Part shown: in pieces, positions 20,020 through 29,681 of the stretch
Numbering within the stretch: the stretch's first letter is position 1
How the letters are laid out: each line of letters starts with the position of its first letter
Assembly (NCBI GenBank): GCA_029202485.1
Contig: CP119313.1
Coordinates: forward strand, 4,931,012-4,995,011
Length of the DNA: 64,000 bases
Direction of reading: 5' to 3'
Source of the DNA: Candidatus Pedobacter colombiensis
GTDB taxonomy: Bacteria > Bacteroidota > Bacteroidia > Sphingobacteriales > Sphingobacteriaceae
Translations under genes and position numbers: made by a program
The notes under the pieces: generated by a model
Told to the model about the DNA's origin: nothing
Seen by the model: only the letters and a program-made list of their open reading frames with translations
Databases searched by the model: none

Positions 20020-21861
20020 ATGAAAGACTATTTCCGATTATTATCTTACGCAAGGCCTATTGAAAAGTTTGCCATACCTTACGTTATTGCAACTCTCCTT
20101 TATATACTTTTTAATACCTTAAATCTAGCGCTATTAGCCCCTCTATTAGATACTTTATTTAATAGCGAAACTGCTATAGCCGGAACAAAGGCCGCTAAAA
20201 CACTTTCTTTTGAAGACAAATCATGGTGGGACATCATGGCCCGCTTCAGAGAGCTTACAGATTATTCTATTGCCAATTATGGCAAACAGGGAGCCTTAAA
20301 GTTCGTTTGTATAGTAATTGTGGTCTCCGTATTGTTATCTAACATTTTCAAATACTTTTCTAACAGAATAATGGAGGACTTACGTGTTCATACTTTATTG
20401 AAGCTAAGAAAGTCAGTATTTGACAATGTAATGAACCTCCACATTGGTTACTTCAACAGCCAACGAAAAGGCGATATCATTTCTAAAGTTTCCTCAGATG
20501 TTCAGGTAGTCCAATTTACGGTAACCAATACTCTTCAAGTGATATTTAAAGAACCCGTTACATTAATTGTATATGTTATTCTCCTCTTTACTATCTCCGC
20601 AAAGCTAACCTTCTTTTCTTTGTTAATCATTCCATTATCAGGACTGATTATTGCTAAAATAGTAAAAAGGTTAAGACAACAAGCCACCAAAGCTCATGAA
20701 ACATTTGCGCTTATGCTTGGCTATCTCGACGAAGCCCTATCGGGAATTAAGATCATTAAAGCATTTAATGCAACAGAATACGTAAAGGATAGATTTCATC
20801 AGGAAAATGTTACTTATTCAAACATTACCCGCAAAATGGCACGCAGGCAACAGCTTGGATCCCCAGTATCAGAATTTCTTGGCGTTACTATGGTTGCAGG
20901 GATTGTGTATTTTGGGGGCTCACTTGTATTGTCAGGAGAATCTAGTTTAACTTCCGCAGAGTTTATCGCTTATATTGCCATATTCTCTCAGGTTATGCGT
21001 CCCGCAAAAGCTTTAACTGATGCTTTCAGTGCAATTCACACCGGTCTCGCGGCAGGAAAGCGTGTATTAGACTTAATTGATACGAAACCAGAAATGGTTG
21101 ACAAGCCAAACGCTGTTGTAGCCAAATCTTTTGAAAAAGCGATTACCTTTAAAGATGTATCCTTTGCCTACGGTGAGCGAAAGGTACTAAACCGCGTAAA
21201 CATAGAAATTCCTAAAGGCAAAACCATCGCATTAGTAGGACCTTCAGGTGGGGGTAAATCTACATTGATGGATCTTGTACCACGATTTATTGACCCTCAA
21301 CAAGGTGACATCTATATAGATGGTGTAAATATTAAAGATGTAACTACGGATTCTTTAAGAAGTCAGATGGGCTTTGTTAATCAGGAATCAATCCTCTTCA
21401 ACGATACAATTTTTAACAATATAGCTTTTGCTAAGCCCAATGCCACGTTAAAAGAAGTTACTGCTGCGGCTAAAATTGCCAATGCACACGACTTTATCCT
21501 GGAATCAGAGAACGGCTATGAAACACTTATCGGAGACAGAGGAATTCGTTTATCAGGTGGACAGAAACAACGACTCTGTATTGCAAGAGCGGTATTAGGG
21601 AATCCCCCATTGATGTTATTAGACGAAGCAACTTCTGCACTGGATACGGAATCAGAAAAATTGGTACAAGATGCACTTTATAAATTGATGGAAAATCGCA
21701 CCTCATTAATTATTGCTCATCGTTTATCAACCATACAAAATGCAGACCGGATTATTGTACTTGAAAAAGGATCTGTAATTGAACAAGGGTCGCACAATGA
21801 GTTAATGAAAAACAACGGCTTATACCGAAGACTAATTGACATGCAGACTTTTGAAGACTAA
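20020..21861 (+). CDS. MsbA-like ABC exporter (fused TMD-NBD), putative lipid/glycan flippase
   Basis: Six TM helices; GPSGGGKS, LSGGQKQR, LLDEATSALD and IAHRLST motifs; first gene of the glycosyltransferase cluster. Confidence 0.9.
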   Translation: MKDYFRLLSYARPIEKFAIPYVIATLLYILFNTLNLALLAPLLDTLFNSETAIAGTKAAKTLSFEDKSWWDIMARFRELTDYSIANYGKQGALKFVCIVIVVSVLLSNIFKYFSNRIMEDLRVHTLLKLRKSVFDNVMNLHIGYFNSQRKGDIISKVSSDVQVVQFTVTNTLQVIFKEPVTLIVYVILLFTISAKLTFFSLLIIPLSGLIIAKIVKRLRQQATKAHETFALMLGYLDEALSGIKIIKAFNATEYVKDRFHQENVTYSNITRKMARRQQLGSPVSEFLGVTMVAGIVYFGGSLVLSGESSLTSAEFIAYIAIFSQVMRPAKALTDAFSAIHTGLAAGKRVLDLIDTKPEMVDKPNAVVAKSFEKAITFKDVSFAYGERKVLNRVNIEIPKGKTIALVGPSGGGKSTLMDLVPRFIDPQQGDIYIDGVNIKDVTTDSLRSQMGFVNQESILFNDTIFNNIAFAKPNATLKEVTAAAKIANAHDFILESENGYETLIGDRGIRLSGGQKQRLCIARAVLGNPPLMLLDEATSALDTESEKLVQDALYKLMENRTSLIIAHRLSTIQNADRIIVLEKGSVIEQGSHNELMKNNGLYRRLIDMQTFED

Positions 21862-21862
21862 G

Positions 21863-23023
21863 ATGAAAAAGATTTTATTCTTTATGCCTGATAACCCTGT
21901 AAAAAAAAATGCGGGTAACAAAATCCGGGCGTTGAGCTTTCTTAATTATTTTAAATCCAGAGGCTTTCAGGTTCACTTTGTGAGCGAATATTATTGGGGT
22001 GAATGGAATAATCAGGATATTACTGATTTTGAACAAAGTGGATTGGCAGATAAAACCTTTATCTTACCTCGTAAAGCATCTAAAAAGAATTTGCTTTACT
22101 ATTTCTTCTGCTATAAACTACCCAACTTCTTCTATCAGAAAAAGTATGGCATATTCGCTATAAACTTTCCAGAGCTGGTTACTTACCGACTTCAAAAAGC
22201 ATTTAACAAAATCCTCAAGAACAACCAATACGATTATGTATTCATAAACTATGCAAGTTGGGCATCATTAATTGAAAACAATAAGCATATTGCAAATGCA
22301 CAAACAGTGCTTGATACTCATGATTTTTTAACTGCTCAAAATCAGTATAAATTTGATATTGGTGCCTCTTTTAAAGAAGAGATCAGGAGGCTTTCTCTTT
22401 TTAGTAAGGTATTAGCCATTTCCATAGAAGAGCAGTATCTTTTCAGTCAGTTTTGCTGGAATGAGATCTGCCTGGCCCCAATGATGATTGGAGCTCCTGC
22501 ACCAAATCCAACTCCTGTTGCAGACCGAAAATTTGATCTCATATATATAGCAAGTAGAAACCCGCATAACATAGAGGCGGCAAATTGGTTTATTTCAAAG
22601 GTTTACCCACTTTTACCGCAATCTTTAAACATTTGTATTATAGGCCAGATTACAACCTATATTAAGGGCAACCATCCAAACATTACCCTTATTCCGTTTG
22701 CTGAGGATCTTAGGACCTATTATCACCAGTCAAAAATTGCCATATGTCCAATGTTATCAGGTACCGGCACTAAAATTAAAGTTATAGAGGCGCTGTCCTA
22801 TCATCTCCCTATAGTTTGCAACACAAGGGGGATAGATGGATTAATCAATAAAACCAACAATGGTTGTCTGGTAAGTGATCAACCCGAAGAGTTTAGCAGA
22901 CATATCATTAATCTTCTTCAGCAAACGAATACTTATGAAAAACAGTCTTTATTTGCAAAAGAAGCATTTGAATCCGGCTATGAACAAGAGTTTTGTTATC
23001 ATAAACTAGACAAGCTATTTTAA
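21863..23023 (+). CDS. Glycosyltransferase, GT4-like (GT-B fold)
   Basis: C-terminal SGTGTKIKVIEALSY motif typical of Glycos_transf_1; start MKKILFF at 21863. Confidence 0.8.
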   Translation: MKKILFFMPDNPVKKNAGNKIRALSFLNYFKSRGFQVHFVSEYYWGEWNNQDITDFEQSGLADKTFILPRKASKKNLLYYFFCYKLPNFFYQKKYGIFAINFPELVTYRLQKAFNKILKNNQYDYVFINYASWASLIENNKHIANAQTVLDTHDFLTAQNQYKFDIGASFKEEIRRLSLFSKVLAISIEEQYLFSQFCWNEICLAPMMIGAPAPNPTPVADRKFDLIYIASRNPHNIEAANWFISKVYPLLPQSLNICIIGQITTYIKGNHPNITLIPFAEDLRTYYHQSKIAICPMLSGTGTKIKVIEALSYHLPIVCNTRGIDGLINKTNNGCLVSDQPEEFSRHIINLLQQTNTYEKQSLFAKEAFESGYEQEFCYHKLDKLF

Positions 23024-23026
23024 ATT

Positions 23027-23989
23027 ATGACGTTATTTTTCACAATTGCAACTACGAATTACCTGCCGTTTGCTGTTTCTTTATTAGATTCAGTAAAACA
23101 ACAGCATCCGGAGTTTCAAGTTTGCATCTGCCTTACTGATTATTTAAAGCCGGAAACGATAACCCAAAATAAATTGATGAGTAAACACCCTATTCTTCAG
23201 CTGCATGAATTAGCTGCCGAAGAGTTTGATTTTATTACTCAGAATTACAATCCAATGCAATTGGCGAATAGCTCAAAAGTCTTATTTGCCAAACATTTTC
23301 TTGATAAGCCAGAGATTAAACAAGTCATCTTTGGCGATTCAGACATGCTATTTTTTGGCTCTTTACCCGAAAATGTGATCAATGAGCATGATATCATTTT
23401 TACACCACATTTTACAAGTCCACCGCCAATTGAAATGAAAAGGCAAGAGCTGGAAGTGTTAAATGCCGGCTTATTTAATGGCGGCTTTTTTAAGCTTAGA
23501 AAATCTGAGGAAACAGAAAAATACATCAGCTGGCTTAAGGAAAGGTCTGTATTAGAATGTATATATGATTTTAAAAGAGGATACTATGGCGAGCAGTTAT
23601 GGCTCAATTTTGTGCCCCTTTATTTTAAAAGTGCCCACATCGAACTAAACCAAGGCTTAAATGTTGCTTACTGGAATTTGCATGAACGAATGATTACACA
23701 GAAAGACGGTATGTTTATGGTGAATGAGTCTATCCCTCTTTCCTTTTTTCATTTTAGTGGCTGGGATTATAACAACCCTCTGGGCATTTCTAAATGGACA
23801 TTGTTTAATCTGGAAATGCGGCCTGATATCAAGCCTCTACTCATCAAATACCATGAGGCTTTGAAAAACAATGAGTATGAACATTTCATTAACATGCCAA
23901 ACTATTACACAGCAAAAAACAACTCACAAAAAAAACCATTTTTTAAAAAACTAAAACATAAACTTTTTAGAAAAAAGACGAGTATATAA
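23027..23989 (+). CDS. Glycosyltransferase, GT-A fold (GT8-like)
   Basis: FTIATTNYLP, DSD metal motif, FNGGF, EQLWLN, NVAYWNLHER and FFHFSG motifs. Confidence 0.7.
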   Translation: MTLFFTIATTNYLPFAVSLLDSVKQQHPEFQVCICLTDYLKPETITQNKLMSKHPILQLHELAAEEFDFITQNYNPMQLANSSKVLFAKHFLDKPEIKQVIFGDSDMLFFGSLPENVINEHDIIFTPHFTSPPPIEMKRQELEVLNAGLFNGGFFKLRKSEETEKYISWLKERSVLECIYDFKRGYYGEQLWLNFVPLYFKSAHIELNQGLNVAYWNLHERMITQKDGMFMVNESIPLSFFHFSGWDYNNPLGISKWTLFNLEMRPDIKPLLIKYHEALKNNEYEHFINMPNYYTAKNNSQKKPFFKKLKHKLFRKKTSI

Positions 23990-24017
23990 AACGGCACCTA
24001 CCTGATCTTATTTATTA

Positions 24018-24983
24018 ATGAAATTAAAATCTCTACTAACACGACTAGGGCTGTCAAAACCCATATTAGATTACACCTACCTCCCAGATGAAAGCCATAT
24101 AGAAGTATTAAATTGCTGGACTACTGAAGCAGAAAGACTATGGCACTATCAATATGTGAAGCATCATTTTGCTAAAAATTTATCTCAGCAGAATTCATTG
24201 CTAATCAGCTCCGTTTTCGGCCCAAAACAAGCCATCAAATTAAGTAAAAGCTATATCAAATTATTTTACACTGGTGAAAATGTAATGCGGTATCGAGACT
24301 ATAAAGACCATTGTAATAATATGGTCGATCTAATGATAGGATTTGATTATCTAGACCATGAACGTTATCAACGGTTCCCCTACTGGTTGGAACCTTTCTT
24401 TTCGCCAAAAACAGATAGCAAAATGATCCGTCAAACGGTATCTAACTTTGTGAATAAAGATATTTGCAGAGAAGAGAACAAGAAATTTACATCTTTAGTG
24501 AGCAGCCATGACGACGGAAAGATCAGAACCATATTATTCAACAGCCTCAATAAAATTGATAGAGTAACAAGTGCCGGTAAACTTTTGAACAATTCTCAAG
24601 CATTAAATAAAGATTTTGGCGATAATAAGGAACAGTTTATCGGTCATTATAAATTCAACATTTGCCCGGAAAACTCCAACCGCAAAGGTTATGTCACAGA
24701 AAAAGTCTTTGAAGCTATAAGAAGCAATACCATCCCTATTTATTGGGGGAGCAACAACAATCCGGAACCGGATGTATTGAATAAAGATGCTATTTTATTC
24801 TATGATGGGCCAGATAGCTTAAATCGCTTAAATAAGCAGGTAGCAGAGCTGCATCATAATCCAAAGTTGTATCAGGAATTTTTGAACCAGCCTAAATTTC
24901 AGCCAAATGCAGCAGAATATATCATCCATATATTTGACAGTTTAAATACCAAAGTTCAAAAGATCTTGGCACAAAAAAATTAA
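24018..24983 (+). CDS. GT10 alpha-1,3/1,4-fucosyltransferase-like protein
   Basis: FYTGEN and the alpha-1,3 motif YKFNICPENSNRKGYVTEKVFEA...PIYWG. Confidence 0.85.
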   Translation: MKLKSLLTRLGLSKPILDYTYLPDESHIEVLNCWTTEAERLWHYQYVKHHFAKNLSQQNSLLISSVFGPKQAIKLSKSYIKLFYTGENVMRYRDYKDHCNNMVDLMIGFDYLDHERYQRFPYWLEPFFSPKTDSKMIRQTVSNFVNKDICREENKKFTSLVSSHDDGKIRTILFNSLNKIDRVTSAGKLLNNSQALNKDFGDNKEQFIGHYKFNICPENSNRKGYVTEKVFEAIRSNTIPIYWGSNNNPEPDVLNKDAILFYDGPDSLNRLNKQVAELHHNPKLYQEFLNQPKFQPNAAEYIIHIFDSLNTKVQKILAQKN

Positions 24984-24989
24984 GATTCA

Positions 24990-25796
24990 TTATACTGAAG
25001 GCCCTAGTCTTACAGACTTTAGCATTCTTTTGACAAAGTGCCGTGCATGGCTAAAAAAAGCGATCTTTTTCATCTCCTTTTCTAAAAGCTCAAATTTCTC
25101 ATAGTCTTTAATAAATGCACTAAAATGTCGGTTATAAACGTCATGCCGCTCTTCATGCATTTTACCAAAGTTCTGCGGATTTGAACTAATACCGTCCTCT
25201 GTAAAGCCGGCTATAAATCTGTCAATATAGACATAGGTACATTGGTACTTGCAAATTGCCAGCAAAAAAAACTCCCAGTCAGACACAATTTGATATTGCT
25301 CTGTATAGCATCCAATCTGACTAAACAAAGTTCGTTTTATCAAAGTCGACTGGTGAGGAATACTTCTATCATAAAAAGTCTTAAAACTTAATTCCCGCTC
25401 TGGACGCCAATCCCGTTGATCTGATCCATTCAGCAATCGGATGTTTCCATAGACCAGATCTGCATTTAGACCCTGTGCTACAATATCTTCAAGTACCCGA
25501 TCATCAATTAAAAAGTCTCCGCTATTGATAAAAAGCAAATACTCACCAGTAGCCAGTTCAATCCCTTTATTCATAGCATGAAATACCCCTCTGTCAGGCT
25601 CACTTACCCAGTGGCTTATCCTTGGTTCATGCTCAAGTATAACTTCCTTACTACCATCTGTTGATCCACCATCTACAATAATATATTCCGTATGCTCATA
25701 CGTTTGACCAGTAACCGAATCTATCGTCCGCGCTAATCCTTCCTGATTATTATAATTAACAGATATAATTGATATTTTTGGATTTTTAATGGCCAT
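24990..25796 (-). CDS. Glycosyltransferase family 2 (WcaE-like)
   Basis: ISIISVNYNN, VDGGSTDGS, SEPDRGVFHAMNKG, FINSGD and IPHQS motifs; start MAIKNP at 25796. Confidence 0.9.
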   Translation of the reverse strand: MAIKNPKISIISVNYNNQEGLARTIDSVTGQTYEHTEYIIVDGGSTDGSKEVILEHEPRISHWVSEPDRGVFHAMNKGIELATGEYLLFINSGDFLIDDRVLEDIVAQGLNADLVYGNIRLLNGSDQRDWRPERELSFKTFYDRSIPHQSTLIKRTLFSQIGCYTEQYQIVSDWEFFLLAICKYQCTYVYIDRFIAGFTEDGISSNPQNFGKMHEERHDVYNRHFSAFIKDYEKFELLEKEMKKIAFFSHARHFVKRMLKSVRLGPSV

Positions 25797-25819
25797 TATA
25801 ATAGATTTATACAAAAGTA

Positions 25820-26914
25820 ATGATAAAAGTTCTTTTTGATCATCAGATATTCGACCGGCAAACTTATGGGGGCATTTCAAGATACTTTGCAAACATTATA
25901 AAAGGAGGCAATAGCGCAGGTGAAATAGAGATGATAAAGGGCTTTCTCTACACCAACAATTATTACCTCCAACAAAATAGTATAAACTTTAGTGAATTGT
26001 TGCTATCTACTTTTCTTAAAAAATCAAAACATATATATAAAAAAAACAACAACTACTGTAATCGACTCCTAAGTAGAGGTAATTTCGAGGTTTTTCATCC
26101 AACGTATTTTGACACCTATTTTCTTGATCAACTAAAAAAGCCATTGGTCATAACAATACATGACATGACTTATGAAGAAATGCCAGAATATTTCCCAAAT
26201 AATGACCCCTTACCGGAGCAAAAAAGACTTTTGGCAAATCGGGCAGATAAGATCATAGCAATCTCAGAAACCACCAAAACAGATATTATTAAACATCTTC
26301 AGGTAGATGCGAACAAAATCCATGTCATTCCTCATGGTATAGACAATAAAGCTCCAAAATATGAGGAAGTTGAAAACTTACCAGAAAACTACCTCCTTTT
26401 TGTTGGTAGCCGCAGTGGCTACAAAAATTTTTTCATGTTTGCCCGTGCATTTAAAATACTCACCGAGAAGCACAAAGACATAGTTTTATTACTTGCTGGC
26501 GGAGGTCCACTGGAAACCGGCGATTCTGAATTTTTGATCCGCAATGGGATTTTTGATAAAACAAGACAAATTTCGGCAACTGACTCACAATTAAATATGC
26601 TCTACAAAAATGCCTTATGCTTCGTTTTCCCTTCCTTGTATGAAGGTTTTGGAATTCCGATACTAGAAGCCTTCAAAAATAACTGCCCTGTGATACTCAG
26701 CAATTGCAGTTGTTTTCCAGAAATTGCTGGCGATGCCGCTTTATATTTTAATCCCGATTCTATCGAATCACTCGCTCATCAAATAGAAACACTAATAACA
26801 AACAAATCTCTAAAAAGCAAACTAATCACCGCTGGCAAGAAAAAACTGGAAACATATACGCTTGACAAATGTATCAAACAGACAATCGAACTTTATAAAT
26901 CGCTTGTTGATTAA
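25820..26914 (+). CDS. Glycosyltransferase family 4 (WbpY/mannosyltransferase-like)
   Basis: QTYGGISRY, TIHDM, KNF and FPSLYEGFGIPILEAF motifs. Confidence 0.9.
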   Translation: MIKVLFDHQIFDRQTYGGISRYFANIIKGGNSAGEIEMIKGFLYTNNYYLQQNSINFSELLLSTFLKKSKHIYKKNNNYCNRLLSRGNFEVFHPTYFDTYFLDQLKKPLVITIHDMTYEEMPEYFPNNDPLPEQKRLLANRADKIIAISETTKTDIIKHLQVDANKIHVIPHGIDNKAPKYEEVENLPENYLLFVGSRSGYKNFFMFARAFKILTEKHKDIVLLLAGGGPLETGDSEFLIRNGIFDKTRQISATDSQLNMLYKNALCFVFPSLYEGFGIPILEAFKNNCPVILSNCSCFPEIAGDAALYFNPDSIESLAHQIETLITNKSLKSKLITAGKKKLETYTLDKCIKQTIELYKSLVD

Positions 26915-26936
26915 TTGCTAAAAGAACTCAATATAT

Positions 26937-27878
26937 ATGGAAAATTATCAAGTAAAATCCCCAGTATTATTTCTGATATTCAATAGACCCGATACAACTG
27001 AAAGAGTTTTTGAACAAATAAGAATAGCAAGGCCTGCCAAATTGTATATAGCCGCTGATGGGCCCAGATTAGGTAAAGAAGGTGAAGATAAATTGTGTAG
27101 AGACACGCTTTCCATAGTCGACAAGGTAGATTGGGACTGCGAGGTGAGAACCCGCTTTCAAAAAAGCAATCTCGGCTGTAAAAATGCGATTTCTTCTGCA
27201 ATAGATTGGTTTTTTGAAAATGAAGAAGAAGGTATTATTCTGGAAGATGATTGTTTACCTGCAAATAGCTTCTTTTATTACTGTGATACACTATTGGAAA
27301 AGTACAGACTGGATACACGCATTAGACATATTGCAGGATGTAACCTTCACCGAACAGAAACCTGGGGCACAGCCTCTACTTACTTTGCAAATCAAACACA
27401 TGTTTGGGGTTGGGCAAGTTGGCGAAGGGTATGGAAGGATTATGATAAAGAACTGACAGCATATCATGAAGATGAAATCAGACATCAATTAAGTAATATC
27501 TTTAATGACTCCTTTGTCTTGGATACCTGGGTGAACATATTCAAAGATGTTAAAGCCGGTAAAATTGACACCTGGGATTATCAACTTGCATTTATAAATT
27601 ATTTTAACAATAGCCTTTCCATTAATCCGAATGTCAACCTTATTTCAAATATCGGCTTTGGTGAAGCGGCTACGCACACTTTTGATCCCAATCATACGTA
27701 TTCAAATATCCCCTTAGGAGAAATTTCGGAAATCACCTTTCCTAAATATACCTTGCCCGAAAAGGCTGCAGATTATGCTATGTTTGTACGTGACTTCAAT
27801 TTAAAAGAGCGATGGAGAAAGCACAATAAGTTAAAATACAAGATAAAAAGATGGTTTAAGAAAAAGTTTAGCAGCTAA
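26937..27878 (+). CDS. Nucleotide-diphospho-sugar transferase (GT-A; HlpA-like family)
   Basis: LFLIFNRPD, LYIAADGPR, NLGCK, IILEDDCLP, WGWASWRRVW and TWDYQ motifs. Confidence 0.8.
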   Translation: MENYQVKSPVLFLIFNRPDTTERVFEQIRIARPAKLYIAADGPRLGKEGEDKLCRDTLSIVDKVDWDCEVRTRFQKSNLGCKNAISSAIDWFFENEEEGIILEDDCLPANSFFYYCDTLLEKYRLDTRIRHIAGCNLHRTETWGTASTYFANQTHVWGWASWRRVWKDYDKELTAYHEDEIRHQLSNIFNDSFVLDTWVNIFKDVKAGKIDTWDYQLAFINYFNNSLSINPNVNLISNIGFGEAATHTFDPNHTYSNIPLGEISEITFPKYTLPEKAADYAMFVRDFNLKERWRKHNKLKYKIKRWFKKKFSS

Positions 27879-28464
27879 ACACATTTTCTCCATACGTACC
27901 CTGATATGCTTTTATCCCTAATCTTGCAATTTCATAATGCCGTTCTTTTCCTTTAAGATAATTTTTCACACCCCACTCTATTGGATCTAAGTTCTCTTTT
28001 GAATAGTTCAGTGAGTTGATAATTTCAAGGAACCGGGATTTCTTCGCACAATATAAGAAAGTATGATATCCCACACCTTCATAAATATCACTATCGTCTT
28101 TAAAGATGCTATCGTAATCAGAAGCCAATAACCTGACCTTATTAAAAAAAGAGTTATCCTCAAGCATATATCTACCAGTTAATTTGATAATGAGATCATT
28201 TTCATCAAAAGAAGCGTGTTCGATGAAAGCTTTAAGATGTTGCATTTCATTGAGGCCCTTTTCTGGATATTTATTCTGAACGTTACTGTAATGAACATTA
28301 TGCTCATTTAAATAATCTTCATCGGAAGAAGCACATTCTAAAATTGTATAGGAGTCAAATAAATAATCAAATTGCAAGGCCCTTTCAATTGATTGAATGT
28401 ACAACCACTTCCTTTCCTGATAATGGTTTTCAATATTAGCTGTTGTAATAATTAAATGAATCAT
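27868..28464 (-). CDS. Hypothetical protein, possible GT-A-like glycan-modifying enzyme
   Basis: 198-aa ORF inside the glycan locus with KGLNE and IIKLTGRY motifs; overlaps the 3' end of the convergent gene by 11 nt. Confidence 0.6.
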   Translation of the reverse strand: MIHLIITTANIENHYQERKWLYIQSIERALQFDYLFDSYTILECASSDEDYLNEHNVHYSNVQNKYPEKGLNEMQHLKAFIEHASFDENDLIIKLTGRYMLEDNSFFNKVRLLASDYDSIFKDDSDIYEGVGYHTFLYCAKKSRFLEIINSLNYSKENLDPIEWGVKNYLKGKERHYEIARLGIKAYQGTYGENVFSC

Positions 28465-28501
28465 TAGAAGAGTTCGTTATTTTAAATTATGTAAACAAAG
28501 C

Positions 28502-29584
28502 TTAACCTGCGCCTATAGACCATTTAAAGCTCGTATGTCGAATTATCGTTACCAGGCCAAAACTAATCATATAAGTGACTAAAAACCTTAAAATACTGTA
28601 AGACATAGCGTCTATAAGTGTTATAGTATTCATATTATATTTAAATGGCCTGAAGATTTCACCTACTGCATGTGTTATTATTATCCAATGCACAAGGTAT
28701 ATACCAAAAGTGGTTTCCCTTGGATTTAAATATTTATTAATCATGGAAATTGGCCCATTCTTTAACAACAACAAGAAAAAAAATAGAGAATATAAAATAT
28801 TAGTAAAACGCAAAGTATTATATGCATCATTGATACCTAGTTCCCTCAAATACACAGCTTCTAAATCCGCAAATAAAAAGAACAAACATGTAACAGCAAC
28901 AATTATCCAAATTGAAACCCTACTTAGCCATAAATTAAATTGATCGTAATACTTATTTAGTATCACCCCTAACCACAGATAAAATACAAATCCGAACAAT
29001 GCCGTACTATGACTAGTAATAATCCATTTATGATATAGATTAACACTATAAAATAAGGAAACTATAGCCAAAACTACTCCAAACCAAAGCTTGTAGATGT
29101 ACTTTTTAAAAATAAGCAGGATACCAATGCAAATCAGAAAATTTAAAATAAACCAAAAACTTGTGAAAAAGATAGTATGATGGTATTGCTCAAGTAAATA
29201 GGAATAAAAATTCGAAGGAAATTCATTCCAACCCCGCCTGAAACATTTTATAATAAGAGTTATTACATTTAGAGCGATCAGCACATTAATCCATAATAAC
29301 CACGGCTTTATGGTATTTTTAAACCTGTTTTTAAGATACTCCCAAGGAGTATACTCAGTAAATTTATGATTAATAAGAAAACCCGCGATTAGAAAAAATG
29401 CAATAGTTGAAAACTTAAAAAACTGCATTACTGAAGCTTGAAACATACTGGAATAGAAATTCTCGTAATGTGGCTCGCCAATCATTGTACAGTGTTCAAA
29501 CACAATCCCAATCATTGATATGCACCTGATTGTATCTACAAATTCAAAATTTTTACCTTTACGTTTCGTTTTTACTAGCTCCAT
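28502..29584 (-). CDS. Acyltransferase family 3 (OafA-like) membrane O-acyltransferase
   Basis: DTIRCISMIGIVFEH, FFLIAGFL, RF..TIKPWLLW, FWFI and GIYLVH motifs; about 10 TM helices. Confidence 0.85.
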   Translation of the reverse strand: MELVKTKRKGKNFEFVDTIRCISMIGIVFEHCTMIGEPHYENFYSSMFQASVMQFFKFSTIAFFLIAGFLINHKFTEYTPWEYLKNRFKNTIKPWLLWINVLIALNVITLIIKCFRRGWNEFPSNFYSYLLEQYHHTIFFTSFWFILNFLICIGILLIFKKYIYKLWFGVVLAIVSLFYSVNLYHKWIITSHSTALFGFVFYLWLGVILNKYYDQFNLWLSRVSIWIIVAVTCLFFLFADLEAVYLRELGINDAYNTLRFTNILYSLFFFLLLLKNGPISMINKYLNPRETTFGIYLVHWIIITHAVGEIFRPFKYNMNTITLIDAMSYSILRFLVTYMISFGLVTIIRHTSFKWSIGAG

Positions 29585-29681
29585 CTAAAAAATCAATCCT
29601 AATTTTTTAAAGAAACAACCTTTAATTGGATTAGAAAAAAGATTAACAATATAGTTACCTCCCAAGGCTATTTCATTAGTC

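Noticed and set aside
18998-20053. ORF-track N-terminal extension of meaB overlapping the ABC transporter start
   Set aside because: The first 55 codons are low-complexity intergenic read-through; the MeaB-like sequence starts at MNTYL (19888).
24988-25800. Site-specific inversion of the GT2 gene
   Set aside because: Only a 7-bp CATTATA direct repeat (not inverted) is shared by the junctions, which is expected by chance in AT-rich DNA. No recombinase is in the window.
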